Source: Clostridiales bacterium
GTDB taxonomy: Bacteria; Bacillota; Clostridia; Christensenellales; CAG-138
NCBI GenBank assembly: GCA_012838425.1
Contig: DUPG01000017.1
Coordinates: forward strand, 32,343-96,342
Direction of reading: 5' to 3'
Length of the DNA stretch: 64,000 nucleotides
This document shows positions 53,208-63,840 of this stretch, one piece after another. Both the position numbers and the translations under genes were made by a program. Position 1 is the first letter of the stretch, and each line of letters begins with the position of its first letter. Under the pieces are notes generated by a model, which ran no database searches, was not told the DNA's origin, and saw nothing but the letters and a program-made list of their open reading frames with translations.

Positions 53208-54782
53208 TTAGCTTAATAGATAATCTAATTGAATATTGCTGCTGAGAAGCGGGGTAACATCGCTGATTATAGCTATTACCTCGCTTTTGTTTTCTCCATT
53301 TCTAACAGCACGCAGGTTGTACCATGCGAATTTGAGATACTTGTTATAAATTCGGAAGGACACATCTACCGCTTTGCCTGTTTCACGCGCATTTTGAAGC
53401 ATATACAGCACATTTTCCCTGTCTGCTTTATTAATTGAGAAGAAGAATTCGTCCCAAACATAGCGCATTTTTTTAGACTTTGTCTTTTTCAAGCGATAGA
53501 AGCCCTCGCTCGCATAGGTCATGCGTATTCTTGAATCTACCTCTAACTTGACTATGCCGCCGCTAACATATTTTAGAATGCTTCCAATAGGTGAGCTTGC
53601 GTATTTTTCTGCGGCTTGCAATATTTCGGTATCCTGTTCGGATAAATGTATATTATCGTCTTTATACGGAAAAACGACATGCCTGCCTTTTCCTAAGCCC
53701 TTTGCGGAGAACATAGCAATATCGGCTTCTCTGAACAGCGCTTCAATGTCCTTGTTGCCGTTCTTCACCACAGATACGCCCACAGAGCAGGTGATTTCCA
53801 GGTTCTCGTCGTGCCTGTATGACAGCACCTTCACAACATTTTCAGCGTGCTCTCTTATCTCTCGAATCGAAGCCACATTCTTCTGCAATACTATAAATTC
53901 GTCACCGCCTATGCGTGCGAATATGTCGTTCTCGTCAAACTGCGCTTTCAGCTTTTCGGCGACCTTGCTCAAAATAGCGTCGCCCGTAAAATGCCCTACC
54001 ATGTAGTTCACATCGTGGAAGTTATCCAAATCTATGAGGTACAGCGCATGCGTGCCTGCTTTGCCCTCGCCGCTTAAAAATTCCTTTATAGCGTCTTTTG
54101 CGGGGCGGTTAGATAAAAGCCCCGTCAATGAATCGCTTGAAGCTATTTGCTGCAATCTAAGCATTTCAAGCTTTTGGTTGTTTATATTTATTATTCTGCC
54201 GACTATGCTTGCCGGTTTACCGCTTAATTCAAAGAATGTCTGCGCTTCGATTTTATGCCACACAAGCGACCCGTTTTGCATTATGTAGCGGAACTCCGCA
54301 GAGGCGTACTTCGCGCCCTTTTGCAGGTTCTGCCCGAAACGCGCAATCTCAACTAAGTCGTCGGGATAAACATATGGGTTGTGCTGACCAAAATCGCTAA
54401 GACGCTTATAGTAAGGCTCGCGTCCTAATATGGTTGAGTAGTTTCCGTCAAAATGCAGCTCGTTGGTTTCATGGCTGCCCTCAAAGAATATGCTGCCGAA
54501 AACCTTGTTCGCGACCTCATAGTTTGAAATCAGCTTCTGCATGGATTTGTTTTCGCGGTTTAGCCTATGTATGTTTCTAAAATTGTTGTAGATTATTAGC
54601 CCGAATACAATCAATGCCAAAAATACAGCACCAATTATAGTTATATACTCGCTAAGCGGGGAAAAGCCTGTTTTCGACAGGTTATTAGCCAATACAGTCT
54701 TGGGATACAAAACAAAAGTCAGTACCATACAGACCATACAGTTTGCAGCTAATTTTCGGTAATACCCCATCATGCACCACAC
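53208..54782 (-). CDS. membrane diguanylate cyclase: TM-PAS-GGDEF plus an extra C-terminal PAS-like domain
   Basis: 524 aa. Contains RIGGDEFIV. No RxxD I-site (DEND occupies that position). About 150 aa beyond GGDEF look PAS-like. Confidence 0.8.
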   Translation of the reverse strand: MWCMMGYYRKLAANCMVCMVLTFVLYPKTVLANNLSKTGFSPLSEYITIIGAVFLALIVFGLIIYNNFRNIHRLNRENKSMQKLISNYEVANKVFGSIFFEGSHETNELHFDGNYSTILGREPYYKRLSDFGQHNPYVYPDDLVEIARFGQNLQKGAKYASAEFRYIMQNGSLVWHKIEAQTFFELSGKPASIVGRIININNQKLEMLRLQQIASSDSLTGLLSNRPAKDAIKEFLSGEGKAGTHALYLIDLDNFHDVNYMVGHFTGDAILSKVAEKLKAQFDENDIFARIGGDEFIVLQKNVASIREIREHAENVVKVLSYRHDENLEITCSVGVSVVKNGNKDIEALFREADIAMFSAKGLGKGRHVVFPYKDDNIHLSEQDTEILQAAEKYASSPIGSILKYVSGGIVKLEVDSRIRMTYASEGFYRLKKTKSKKMRYVWDEFFFSINKADRENVLYMLQNARETGKAVDVSFRIYNKYLKFAWYNLRAVRNGENKSEVIAIISDVTPLLSSNIQLDYLLS

Positions 54783-54922
54783 GATTCCTATGTATTTTTG
54801 TATGGTTTATTGTACCATACATTTTATATTCGTGCAACAGTTATTTTCAAAAAGTTCTTATTGTGTTTTATTTTGAATGGAATGCAACCAAAAATGAAAC
54901 GAAAATACATATTTATATGCGG

Positions 54923-55612
54923 TTATCTGCGCTTCTGTGCCAACGCCTTTCTCTCCTTATAGTCGGGCAGCAGGGATTCTATAAAACTGTAAAAAGCCTT
55001 GCTGTGATTGGGATGCACAAGGTGTGCAAACTCATGCACTACTACATATTCAACAAAGGGCATAGGCATTTCGCATAAAAGAGTTGAAAATGTGATTATG
55101 TTCTTGCTCGTGTTGCAGCTTCCCCAACGGGACTTCATATTCTTTATTCGTATCTCGGGATAGGCTACTCCCAACGGTTCAAATACGCTATACACCTTGT
55201 CGCAAAGCTCAATCAAGGGCTCGCGCATCAGCTTTTTGCGCGCCATGTTTAACAGCCTATGCTTTACATCTGAATCGTCGCACTTGACAGTCATATAGAG
55301 TATTTGACCCGTTAGGCGTATCGAATTCTCCGCGCCTGTTTGTATGCTTAAATAGTAGCTTTTATTAAGAATCTGCACGCTGTCGCCGTCTTGCGGGGGC
55401 TTTTCGGGCGGAAGCTTTGAGAAGCTCTCTATGGTCTTTACAATTATATCGCCCTTTGACAGCAGAAACTCCTCAATCACCTTTACAGGTATATGAGGGG
55501 ATGCGGATACGAAGACTTGTCCGTTAGAGCGTATTCGAACATTTATGTTCTTAACATTTTTTCTGACAAGCTCGTATTCTATGACTTTGTCGTTAAATCT
55601 CAAACTCCTCAT
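54923..55612 (-). CDS. YgjP-like (DUF45/M48-related) metal-dependent hydrolase
   Basis: 229 aa. HEFAHLVHPNH zinc motif. Confidence 0.75.
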   Translation of the reverse strand: MRSLRFNDKVIEYELVRKNVKNINVRIRSNGQVFVSASPHIPVKVIEEFLLSKGDIIVKTIESFSKLPPEKPPQDGDSVQILNKSYYLSIQTGAENSIRLTGQILYMTVKCDDSDVKHRLLNMARKKLMREPLIELCDKVYSVFEPLGVAYPEIRIKNMKSRWGSCNTSKNIITFSTLLCEMPMPFVEYVVVHEFAHLVHPNHSKAFYSFIESLLPDYKERKALAQKRR

Positions 55613-57495
55613 TCAAGCTCGAATGCACCTGTGTATAGCTTGTAATAGCGTCCTTTCTGTGCTAATAGCTCCTCATGGCTGCCGCGCTCTATTATCTCGC
55701 CGTTTTCAAGCACCAATATAGCGTCTGCGTTCCTGACTGTTGACAGTCTGTGCGCTATGACGAAAACAGTCCTGCCGTGCATCAGCTTATCCATGCCGCG
55801 CTCTATAAGCGCTTCTGTGCGTGTGTCTATTGAGCTTGTGGCTTCGTCTAATATCAATACGGGCGGATTCGCAACAGCTACCCTTGCGATAGCTAAAAGC
55901 TGCCTTTGCCCTTGGCTAAGGTTCGCTCCGTCGGCGGTAAGCACCGTATCATAGCCTTGCGGCAGGTGAGTTATGAAGAAGTGCGCGTTGGACAGCTTAG
56001 CCGCTTCCTCAACCTCCTCGTCTGTGGCTAATGGATTGCCATAGCGTATGTTTTCCCTAACCGTTCCCGTGAAAAGGTGTGTGTCCTGCAGCACTATTCC
56101 CAATGAACGCCTTAGGTCAGACTTCTTTATCTCCTTAATGTCTATACCGTCGAATGTAATAGTGCCTTCCTGAATATCGTAAAAGCGGTTTATGAGGTTT
56201 GTTATAGTTGTTTTGCCTGCGCCCGTTGAACCCACAAGCGCAATTTTCTGCCCGGGCTTTGCGTAAAACGATACATTCTTCAAAACATTTACTTTACCGT
56301 CGTAGCTGAAAGTTACATTGTTAAGCCGCACATCTCCGCGCAAGGGAATATACTCGTCGCCCCTTTTCCATGCCCATTTGCCTGTGCAGGTGTCGGACTC
56401 AATCAAGCAGCCGTCAACCTCTTTTGCCTGAATCAATGTAACCGTACCTGAATCCTCCTCGGGCTTCTCGTCCAATAGGTCGAATATTCTGCCTGCGCCC
56501 GCCAATGCGCTCATAATGGATTGAAACTGCTGTGAAAGCTGAACAATGGGCTGCGAGAAGTTGCGCGTATATTGCAGGAATGAAGTAAGCGTGCCGATAG
56601 TAATGCCTATTGATAAGCCAAACAGCGTGCTATTACCCATAGCCGCAAGCAATACGCCCACCATAGCGGTTACAGCGAAAAGCGTATATGAGAGATTGCC
56701 CATAATAGGCATGAGCACGCCGGACGATATGCTTGCGTTCGCGGCGGACTGCCTTAAATCCTCATTCAGCTTTGTGAACTCCTTTGCGACCTCGTTTTCA
56801 TGGCAGAACACCTTTATAACCTTCTGCCCCTCTATCATTTCCTCCATATAGCCGTTGACCTTAGCTAAATCAGCTTGGCGGTTTTTGAAGTATTTAGAGC
56901 TTCGTTGCGCCAGCACGCTTACAACACGCAGCATAATAAACAGCATCAACAGCGTTATAGCGGTCAGCGCGGGGCTGAGTATAAGCATAGCTATAAACAC
57001 GCCTGCAACTCTTAATAGAGAAGTGATTATCTGAGGCACACCGTTGGCTATCATTTCGCGCATAGCGTCTGTATCGTTTGTAAATAGGCTCATTAAATCG
57101 CCGTGCGTGTGCGTGTCGTAATAGTTTAGCGGAAGCTCCTGCAAATGAGAGAAAAGCTCTTTGCGCACATTGTTAAGTATTCCGTTTGAAATAGGCACCA
57201 TGATTGCCGCATATGCGTATGTGGCGGCTACGCTCAATAAATATGCTACAGCAAGCAATATAAGATCGCGTATGAATTTTGACCATACAGGAGCGCCGCT
57301 CGCTGCATTGTCAACTATGGGCTTTAATAGATAAGTACCTAATATGCTTGCTACCGAAGCTATAATAATAAGCACCACCACAGCCAACAGTGCTATACTG
57401 TATGGCTTGAAGTATCCGAGCAGCCGCTTTATAGTGCCCTTCTTTATTTTCTGCTTTTGAAATGCAGGCTGTTTCTGGTTTTTCTGCTTATCCAT
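55609..57495 (-). CDS. ABC exporter, fused permease/ATPase
   Basis: 628 aa. Six-TM domain, Walker A GSTGAGKTT, signature LSQGQRQ and Walker B ILILDEATS. Confidence 0.85.
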   Translation of the reverse strand: MDKQKNQKQPAFQKQKIKKGTIKRLLGYFKPYSIALLAVVVLIIIASVASILGTYLLKPIVDNAASGAPVWSKFIRDLILLAVAYLLSVAATYAYAAIMVPISNGILNNVRKELFSHLQELPLNYYDTHTHGDLMSLFTNDTDAMREMIANGVPQIITSLLRVAGVFIAMLILSPALTAITLLMLFIMLRVVSVLAQRSSKYFKNRQADLAKVNGYMEEMIEGQKVIKVFCHENEVAKEFTKLNEDLRQSAANASISSGVLMPIMGNLSYTLFAVTAMVGVLLAAMGNSTLFGLSIGITIGTLTSFLQYTRNFSQPIVQLSQQFQSIMSALAGAGRIFDLLDEKPEEDSGTVTLIQAKEVDGCLIESDTCTGKWAWKRGDEYIPLRGDVRLNNVTFSYDGKVNVLKNVSFYAKPGQKIALVGSTGAGKTTITNLINRFYDIQEGTITFDGIDIKEIKKSDLRRSLGIVLQDTHLFTGTVRENIRYGNPLATDEEVEEAAKLSNAHFFITHLPQGYDTVLTADGANLSQGQRQLLAIARVAVANPPVLILDEATSSIDTRTEALIERGMDKLMHGRTVFVIAHRLSTVRNADAILVLENGEIIERGSHEELLAQKGRYYKLYTGAFELE

Positions 57496-59276
57496 CAGCC
57501 CACCTCCCTTGTCTGCGAGCTATATACCTCGCGGTAGATTTCGCAGCGCCTAAGCAGTTCGTCATGCTTGCCTATATCCGCTATGCGCCCTTCGTTAAGT
57601 ACAACTATTTTATCTGCTTCCATAATCGAGTTGACCCTTTGCGCGATTATAATAGTCGTCAGGTCCTTTGTCTTTTCTTTTAGTGCTTTGCGGATATTCG
57701 CGTCTGTGTTAGTGTCAACCGCGCTTGTGGAATCGTCAAGTATAAGCACCTTCGGGCTTTTCAGCAACGCTCTTGCTATTGTAAGCCTCTGCTTCTGCCC
57801 GCCGGACACATTTACGCCGCCCTGTCCCAAATCGGTTTGATAACCGTTTGGAAAGCTCATTATAAAGTCGTGCGCTTGCGCTATCTTTGCCGCTTCTATT
57901 ATCTCATTCATTGTTGCGTCATGCTTGCCCCAGCGCAGGTTTTCCTCAATGGTTCCCGAGAACAGCACATTCTTTTGCAATACCATAGATACAGCGTCGC
58001 GCAGGTTTTTGAGCTTATAGTCCCTTACATCGACTCCGCCGACCTTCACGCTGCCGCTTTTCACATCGTATAGACGTGGAATAAGCTGCACAAGCGTCGT
58101 TTTCGCCGAGCCTGTTCCGCCAATAATGCCCACGGTTTCGCCCGGCTCAATGCGCAGGTTTATATCGCATAGCACGTTCAAGCCTTCGCCGTATGCAAAG
58201 CTAACATTATTGAACTCTATTGAACCGTCCTTCACTGTTAAGTCGGGGTCATTATTATCGTCGGTTATATAGGGCTCTTCATCTATGACCTCAATAACTC
58301 TTGCCATAGATGCTCTTGAAAGCACCAGCTGCATAAATGTTAACGAAATCATTATTACAGACATAAGTATCTGCGCTATGTAGCTCAAAAAGCTTGTGAA
58401 ATCGCCGGCAGACATTGCGCCGTTCATTATCATAGTGCCGCCGAAATACCCAACTGCCAGCATAACAGCGTATATTACGAGCATAGATATAGGCTGCATG
58501 AGTATAAGCAAGCTTTCTGCGGCAATACCGGCGTCCTTAACTCTGTCGGACTTCTTATTAAAGCTTTCCTTCTCACGCTTTTGGCTTACGAATGCCTTGA
58601 TTACGCGTATGCCTATTAGGTTTTCCTGCACGCCTGCGTTCATGGAGTCGTACTCTTCAAGCATCTTTTTTAGCCGAGGGAAGGCTATAGAAGCCAGCAG
58701 CGCAAATGTTACGCCCAACACAGGCAAAGCGAATGCGAATATTAGTGAGAGCTTTGCGTTTATGGTGATTGTAAGAATTGTAGCCACAATCAACAGCACA
58801 GGCGCGCGTATTCCTATGCGAATGGATATATGGAATGCGTTTTGAATCATGCTTGCGTCATTGGTTAAGCGGGTGATAAGTGAAGCGGTCGAGAACTTGT
58901 CCATATTTGAAAAAGAGAAGCTCTGTATCTTGTTGAATACCTTGCTCCTCAAGCCTGTTACAAACCCTGTGCTTGAAATAGCCGCAAGCCTTGCGCTTAT
59001 AGCACCGAAGAAAAGTGACAAAAGCGCTAACGCTATCATAATTCCGCCATATTTGAAAACGGGAGCGTAATTGCCTGCCTTAGCCTCTTCTATTCCCGTA
59101 TCTATAAGCACCTTCATAATCAGGGGAATAAGCATTTCAAAAACGGCTTCTATTATTATCGTGAATATAGAAAATACGGTGTACCTGCCATAGCCCTTCA
59201 AGCAAGGCATAAGCTTTTTTATAACGCCAGTAGTCTTTTTCGACCTGTCATAGTCGAATATAGAATCCCGCTCCAT
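57495..59276 (-). CDS. ABC exporter, fused permease/ATPase (heterodimer partner)
   Basis: 593 aa. GGTGSAKTT, VSGGQKQR and VLILDDSTS. 1-nt overlap with the downstream partner. Confidence 0.85.
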   Translation of the reverse strand: MERDSIFDYDRSKKTTGVIKKLMPCLKGYGRYTVFSIFTIIIEAVFEMLIPLIMKVLIDTGIEEAKAGNYAPVFKYGGIMIALALLSLFFGAISARLAAISSTGFVTGLRSKVFNKIQSFSFSNMDKFSTASLITRLTNDASMIQNAFHISIRIGIRAPVLLIVATILTITINAKLSLIFAFALPVLGVTFALLASIAFPRLKKMLEEYDSMNAGVQENLIGIRVIKAFVSQKREKESFNKKSDRVKDAGIAAESLLILMQPISMLVIYAVMLAVGYFGGTMIMNGAMSAGDFTSFLSYIAQILMSVIMISLTFMQLVLSRASMARVIEVIDEEPYITDDNNDPDLTVKDGSIEFNNVSFAYGEGLNVLCDINLRIEPGETVGIIGGTGSAKTTLVQLIPRLYDVKSGSVKVGGVDVRDYKLKNLRDAVSMVLQKNVLFSGTIEENLRWGKHDATMNEIIEAAKIAQAHDFIMSFPNGYQTDLGQGGVNVSGGQKQRLTIARALLKSPKVLILDDSTSAVDTNTDANIRKALKEKTKDLTTIIIAQRVNSIMEADKIVVLNEGRIADIGKHDELLRRCEIYREVYSSQTREVG

Positions 59277-59438
59277 TAAGCTACCTCTTATAGTTCAAGT
59301 ATTAAAGCAGAATTATAGCACTAAGCGAGCGCATTTGTCAAAGCCGCCTGTATTTTGGGCAAGGCTGAATATCAAAGGCTTCCAAAACAAATTATGTTAT
59401 AAAATAAAAGAAAATTGTAAATTCAATTCACAAAATGC

Positions 59439-59467
59439 TTGCCAAAACGCTATGTATTAGATATAAT
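59439..59467 (+). promoter_or_regulatory. candidate sigma-A promoter of proBAC
   Basis: TTGCCA, 17-nt spacer, TATAAT. Leaves only a short leader of about 25 nt. Confidence 0.5.
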
Positions 59468-59495
59468 TCAATTTATAGAGCTAAGGGGGCATTTT

Positions 59496-60296
59496 ATGAG
59501 AAATGGCAAAAGGCGTATTGTGTTCAAGGTCGGCACATCGACGCTTGCGCACCATACGGGCAGAACAAATATAAGGCATATGGAGGAGCTTGTAAAGGTT
59601 CTCTCCGATATTCATAATTCTGGGGTGCAGGTTGTGCTTGTAAGCTCCGGCGCGATAGGCATGGGGGCAGCGAAACTGGGCTTGCAGGCAAAGCCGGTCG
59701 ATACTCCAAGCAGGCAGGCGGCGGCAAGCGTAGGTCAATGCGAGCTGATGTTTCTTTACGACAAGATGTTTTCCGATTACGGTCAGATAGTCGCCCAAAT
59801 GCTCATTACAAAAGCGGATTTAGAGAACGACACGCGCAGAAGCAATTTCACAAACGCTTTTGAGAAGCTTTTTCAATATAATGCCATACCCATTATCAAT
59901 GAGAATGACAGCGTTGCTATCGAAGAAATAGTGTTTGGCGATAATGATACGCTTTCTGCCGAAGTCGCAAAGTGCATAGGCGCCGACGAGCTTGTAATTC
60001 TATCCGATATTGACGGGCTATATACCAAGAATCCCAAAAATTGCGACGACGCATGCTTAATATCAATAGTCGAGGATATAGACGAGAGCATTATTAGCAT
60101 AGCCGGCGGCACATGCGGCAATTTGGGCACAGGCGGCATGGCTACTAAGGTAAAGGCGGCGCAGATAGCCGGTGAAGCAGGCATTGACACTATAGTTATG
60201 AATTCTACACCTATAACAAATCTATATAGGTATATGGACGGTGAGAACATAGGCACGAGATTTAAGGCACATTCACAAAAGAAAAGGGAGGGGTAA
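59496..60296 (+). CDS. proB: glutamate 5-kinase (short form, no PUA domain)
   Basis: Start taken at MRNGKRRIVFKVGTS (AAGGGGG RBS). SSGAIGMG and NENDSVA motifs. Confidence 0.9.
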   Translation: MRNGKRRIVFKVGTSTLAHHTGRTNIRHMEELVKVLSDIHNSGVQVVLVSSGAIGMGAAKLGLQAKPVDTPSRQAAASVGQCELMFLYDKMFSDYGQIVAQMLITKADLENDTRRSNFTNAFEKLFQYNAIPIINENDSVAIEEIVFGDNDTLSAEVAKCIGADELVILSDIDGLYTKNPKNCDDACLISIVEDIDESIISIAGGTCGNLGTGGMATKVKAAQIAGEAGIDTIVMNSTPITNLYRYMDGENIGTRFKAHSQKKREG

Positions 60297-60301
60297 AACA
60301 A

Positions 60302-61552
60302 GTGTTAGACATTATCAGGATTGGCGAAAACGCAGTACAGGCAAAGCGTGTGCTTGCAATAGCTGATGAGCACAGCAGGGTTGCTGCATTAAAGGCTATG
60401 GCATATGCGTTAGAGGATAATATAAGCAAAATTATACAAGCCAATAAAATTGATATGCAGAACGCGAAGGAAAACGGGCTGTCAGCAGCCATGCAAGACA
60501 GGCTTATGCTCAATGAAGAGCGTATACGCGCAATAGCGAAAAGCGTAATGGAAATCGCAATGCAGCACAGCGTTATAGGCTGGGTCATTGAGGAATCGAT
60601 TCGCCCCAACGGGCTTAGGGTACAAAAGGTCAGCGTTCCTATTGGAGTTATAGGAATAATCTATGAGTCAAGACCAAATGTTACTGTTGATTCGGCAGCT
60701 TTAACTCTGAAAAGCGGAAATGCCTGCATATTGAGAGGAGGAAAGGAAGCCATAAACTCAAACATAGCATTAGCGAATATAATTCGTGAAGCTATAGCCT
60801 CAGCCGGCTTGCCAAGAGACTGCGTTCAGCTGATTGATGACACCTCAAGAGAGTCCGCAAACGCGCTTATGCGGCTAAACGGTTATGTTGATGTGTTGAT
60901 ACCGCGTGGCGGCAAAGGGCTTATCGAGGCTGTATGCAAGAATTCCACAGTTCCCGTAATAGAAACAGGCGCTGGCACTTGTCATATATATGTTGATAAA
61001 GACGCAGATGTTGATATGGCGGCGGAAATCATATTCAACGCCAAGACATCAAGACCTTCGGTGTGCAATGCGGCGGAGGCAATGCTTATTCACAAGGATA
61101 TTGCAAGGGTCGCGTTGCCCAAGATAGCTAAAAGGCTTAAAGACAGCAAGGTAGAGGTAGAGATAAGGGGCGACGAGCGCGTATGCGAAATACTCCCCCA
61201 CGCAAAGCCCGCAACTGATGAGGATTGGGGCAAGGAATACAACGACTATATAATAGCCGCAAAGGTGGTTGACTCTTTAGAGGAAGCCTGTGAGCATATA
61301 TACAGGTACGGCACTCAGCATAGCGAGTGTATAGTAACAGACAATGCGCAAGCTAAGGAAGAATTCTTGAAGCGTGTTGACGCCGCGGCAGTATATGTGA
61401 ACGCTTCAACAAGGTTTACAGACGGCGGCGAGTTCGGCTTCGGCGCAGAGATAGGCATTTCGACTCAGAAGCTGCACGCAAGAGGACCATTAGGACTGAA
61501 AGAGCTTACCTCATACAAGTATCAGATATTGGGGGACGGGCAAGTAAGATGA
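60302..61552 (+). CDS. proA: glutamate-5-semialdehyde dehydrogenase
   Basis: 416 aa. IYESRPNVT and the CNAAE catalytic Cys. Confidence 0.9.
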   Translation: MLDIIRIGENAVQAKRVLAIADEHSRVAALKAMAYALEDNISKIIQANKIDMQNAKENGLSAAMQDRLMLNEERIRAIAKSVMEIAMQHSVIGWVIEESIRPNGLRVQKVSVPIGVIGIIYESRPNVTVDSAALTLKSGNACILRGGKEAINSNIALANIIREAIASAGLPRDCVQLIDDTSRESANALMRLNGYVDVLIPRGGKGLIEAVCKNSTVPVIETGAGTCHIYVDKDADVDMAAEIIFNAKTSRPSVCNAAEAMLIHKDIARVALPKIAKRLKDSKVEVEIRGDERVCEILPHAKPATDEDWGKEYNDYIIAAKVVDSLEEACEHIYRYGTQHSECIVTDNAQAKEEFLKRVDAAAVYVNASTRFTDGGEFGFGAEIGISTQKLHARGPLGLKELTSYKYQILGDGQVR

Positions 61553-62334
61553 CAAAGTACGGCTTCATAGGCTTAGGCAATATGGCAAAGGCAATAATTG
61601 GCGGAATGCTCAATTCAGGCGAGTTCGACAAATCCGCTATATTCGGCTACGACATTTCAAGCAGCGCGGCTGAATCAGCGAAAGAGCTGTGCATAATTGC
61701 AGATTCAATTCGCGATATTATTGCAAAAACAGATATTATAGTGCTTGCGGTAAAGCCTCAGGTAATAGACAATGTGCTGAATGAGCTAAAGGGCAAGGGC
61801 TTAAAGGTTATATCGATTGTCGCAGGCAAATCGACCCAGTATATTCAAGGCGTATTGGGCGGCGATTCAAAAATAGTTCGCGTAATGCCCAACATAAACG
61901 CTTTTGTAGGCGCGGCGACATCAGCATATGCGCCAACAAGCAACGCAGAGGGTGCCTTGTGCGATGAAACGATAAAAATATTCGAAACCATAGGCACAAT
62001 AATTCGCCTTGATGAAAAGTATTTTTCGGTATTCACAGCACTTTGCGGTTCGGCGCCTGCATTTACTTATATGTATATCGACGCGCTCGCAAAAGCAGCG
62101 GTAAAGGGCGGCCTACCGCGTGAAACAGCTCAGAAGCTGGCTGCGGATATGGTTATGGGCAGCGCAAAAATGGTGCTGGAATCAAATACTCACCCCATAG
62201 AGTTAGCCGACAGAGTATGCTCCCCCGCAGGCACCACCATTGAGGGCGTGCTCGCGCTTCAGAAAAACGGCTTTGAAACTGCTGTATCCGAAGCGATTCA
62301 AGCGGTTATAGATAGGGATAAACAGCTTGCGTAG
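61549..62334 (+). CDS. proC: pyrroline-5-carboxylate reductase
   Basis: 261 aa. GLGNMA NADP-binding motif and the SPAGTTIEG signature. Confidence 0.9.
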   Translation: MTKYGFIGLGNMAKAIIGGMLNSGEFDKSAIFGYDISSSAAESAKELCIIADSIRDIIAKTDIIVLAVKPQVIDNVLNELKGKGLKVISIVAGKSTQYIQGVLGGDSKIVRVMPNINAFVGAATSAYAPTSNAEGALCDETIKIFETIGTIIRLDEKYFSVFTALCGSAPAFTYMYIDALAKAAVKGGLPRETAQKLAADMVMGSAKMVLESNTHPIELADRVCSPAGTTIEGVLALQKNGFETAVSEAIQAVIDRDKQLA

Positions 62335-62368
62335 CTAACAGCTTATTCTCAATTCTTTTGATAAAAGA

Positions 62369-62388
62369 AGGACGCGCTTGCGCGTCCT
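62369..62388. terminator. bidirectional hairpin terminator (proC on plus, rsmG on minus)
   Basis: AGGACGCG-CTTG-CGCGTCCT. A/T-rich tracts on both sides. Confidence 0.55.
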
Positions 62389-62536
62389 CTTAATTCATTA
62401 TTTTGCATTTTGCTTTTTCGTTTTACGACGTGCGCGTCATCTCTCCATAACTAATTTAGTTCGGCAACTTGTTGCTGTTATTCATTCGACGGCAACGCCG
62501 CTGTCTTAATGCGCGCAAAGCACGCACACTCCACAT

Positions 62537-63232
62537 TCATAGCGGTTGCTTTTTCGCCGCCCCGCTCTTCCTTGGATACTGCTTCGGCGTGGGCTCAAGC
62601 TTTTTCGCGGCTATTACCGCCCGCTTGCCCCATTCGGCGTCATAGGATATTATTTCGGCATATGCTTTCAGTATTTTCAACGCGTTCTGTGAAGCGGCTA
62701 ATTCTTCTTGGGCGCTGGCTGCCTTATACATAAGCGACACTCCGCCCACCTTCAATAGCGGAACTGTCCACTCTAACAATATGTTAGTATTGGCGACCGC
62801 GCGTGTAAGCGCTATATCAAACTGCTCGCGATATTTCGGGTTCTGCCCGACCTCCTCGGCACGCGCGTGCAGTATTTCATACTTGTTCTTTAGCTGTAAC
62901 TCGTCTAAAAGCGTTTGCAAAAATACGGTGCGCTTTTTCAGCGAATCGACTAATACGACAGAAATATCCTCGCGCATAATCATTAGTGGAACTGCCGGGA
63001 AGCCTGCGCCGGTGCCGATATCTATGACATCAGCGTTATTCGGAATAAGCGCCACAGGCAGCAAACTGTCTGCAAAGTGCTTTGTGATTACCTCGCCTTG
63101 CTCTGTAATGCTTGTGAGATTCATCTTTTCGTTCCATTCTATGAGCAAAGCAAAATACCTCTCAAAAAGAGAGGCTTTTTCTTCTGAAATTTCAGGAATA
63201 TGCTGCTTTATGTAATTGAAAAAGCTGTTCAT
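62537..63232 (-). CDS. rsmG: 16S rRNA (guanine527-N7)-methyltransferase
   Basis: 231 aa. DIGTGAGFP SAM-binding motif. GidB family. Confidence 0.9.
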   Translation of the reverse strand: MNSFFNYIKQHIPEISEEKASLFERYFALLIEWNEKMNLTSITEQGEVITKHFADSLLPVALIPNNADVIDIGTGAGFPAVPLMIMREDISVVLVDSLKKRTVFLQTLLDELQLKNKYEILHARAEEVGQNPKYREQFDIALTRAVANTNILLEWTVPLLKVGGVSLMYKAASAQEELAASQNALKILKAYAEIISYDAEWGKRAVIAAKKLEPTPKQYPRKSGAAKKQPL

Positions 63233-63780
63233 TTTATTGCCTTTAATTTATTTATAAGGTATGAGATTATAAGTGTGTTAAGCGGAATCATAATCAGGTT
63301 TTCAAGCGTGCGCGCTATGAAAAGCGGAACGGGGGGCAGACCGAACAGCCATATAAGCAGCAAAGTATTGAATATCACCGAATAGCATATTTGCCCAACA
63401 GCGCAGGTCATAAGAATATATCCCGTGCTGTACTTAGGTGAATCTGCCCTTGTCTTCATAAAGAAAATACCCGTAATAAGTCCAAACAAGCAGGCGGAAA
63501 ACGAGAACCATGGCTCAAATGCGCCCATAGGGAAAAGCAGCGCCGACAGTATATCCCATGCCAAAGCGCCCGCCATTCCGTACAATGGCCCGTACAGCAC
63601 ACATAAAAGCAGTATGGGAAGCATGCCAAAGCCTATGTTCATGGATTTAACGCCGAATGAAGTAAACGCCGCAGGAACCGAAACGGAAAGAAGTCCTTTT
63701 AGAACAACACCAAGCGCTATAAGCATCGCGCAAATAGTTAATCTCTGGATCTGTGAACCATGTTTAATGCGTTCAAACAT
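63229..63780 (-). CDS. folT: ECF transporter S component, folate family
   Basis: 183 aa with about 6 TMs. Preceded by a THF riboswitch. 4-nt overlap with rsmG. Confidence 0.75.
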   Translation of the reverse strand: MFERIKHGSQIQRLTICAMLIALGVVLKGLLSVSVPAAFTSFGVKSMNIGFGMLPILLLCVLYGPLYGMAGALAWDILSALLFPMGAFEPWFSFSACLFGLITGIFFMKTRADSPKYSTGYILMTCAVGQICYSVIFNTLLLIWLFGLPPVPLFIARTLENLIMIPLNTLIISYLINKLKAIK

Positions 63781-63840
63781 ACTATTCTCCTCACTCTAAT
63801 GCATTTTGACTGCATTAAAGTCCCAATGAACGCTTTAATG

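Noticed and set aside
59277-59495. T-box or other leader RNA upstream of proBAC.
   Set aside because: The best promoter (TTGCCA-17-TATAAT) leaves only about 25 nt of leader. No specifier or T-box sequence or long hairpins are seen.
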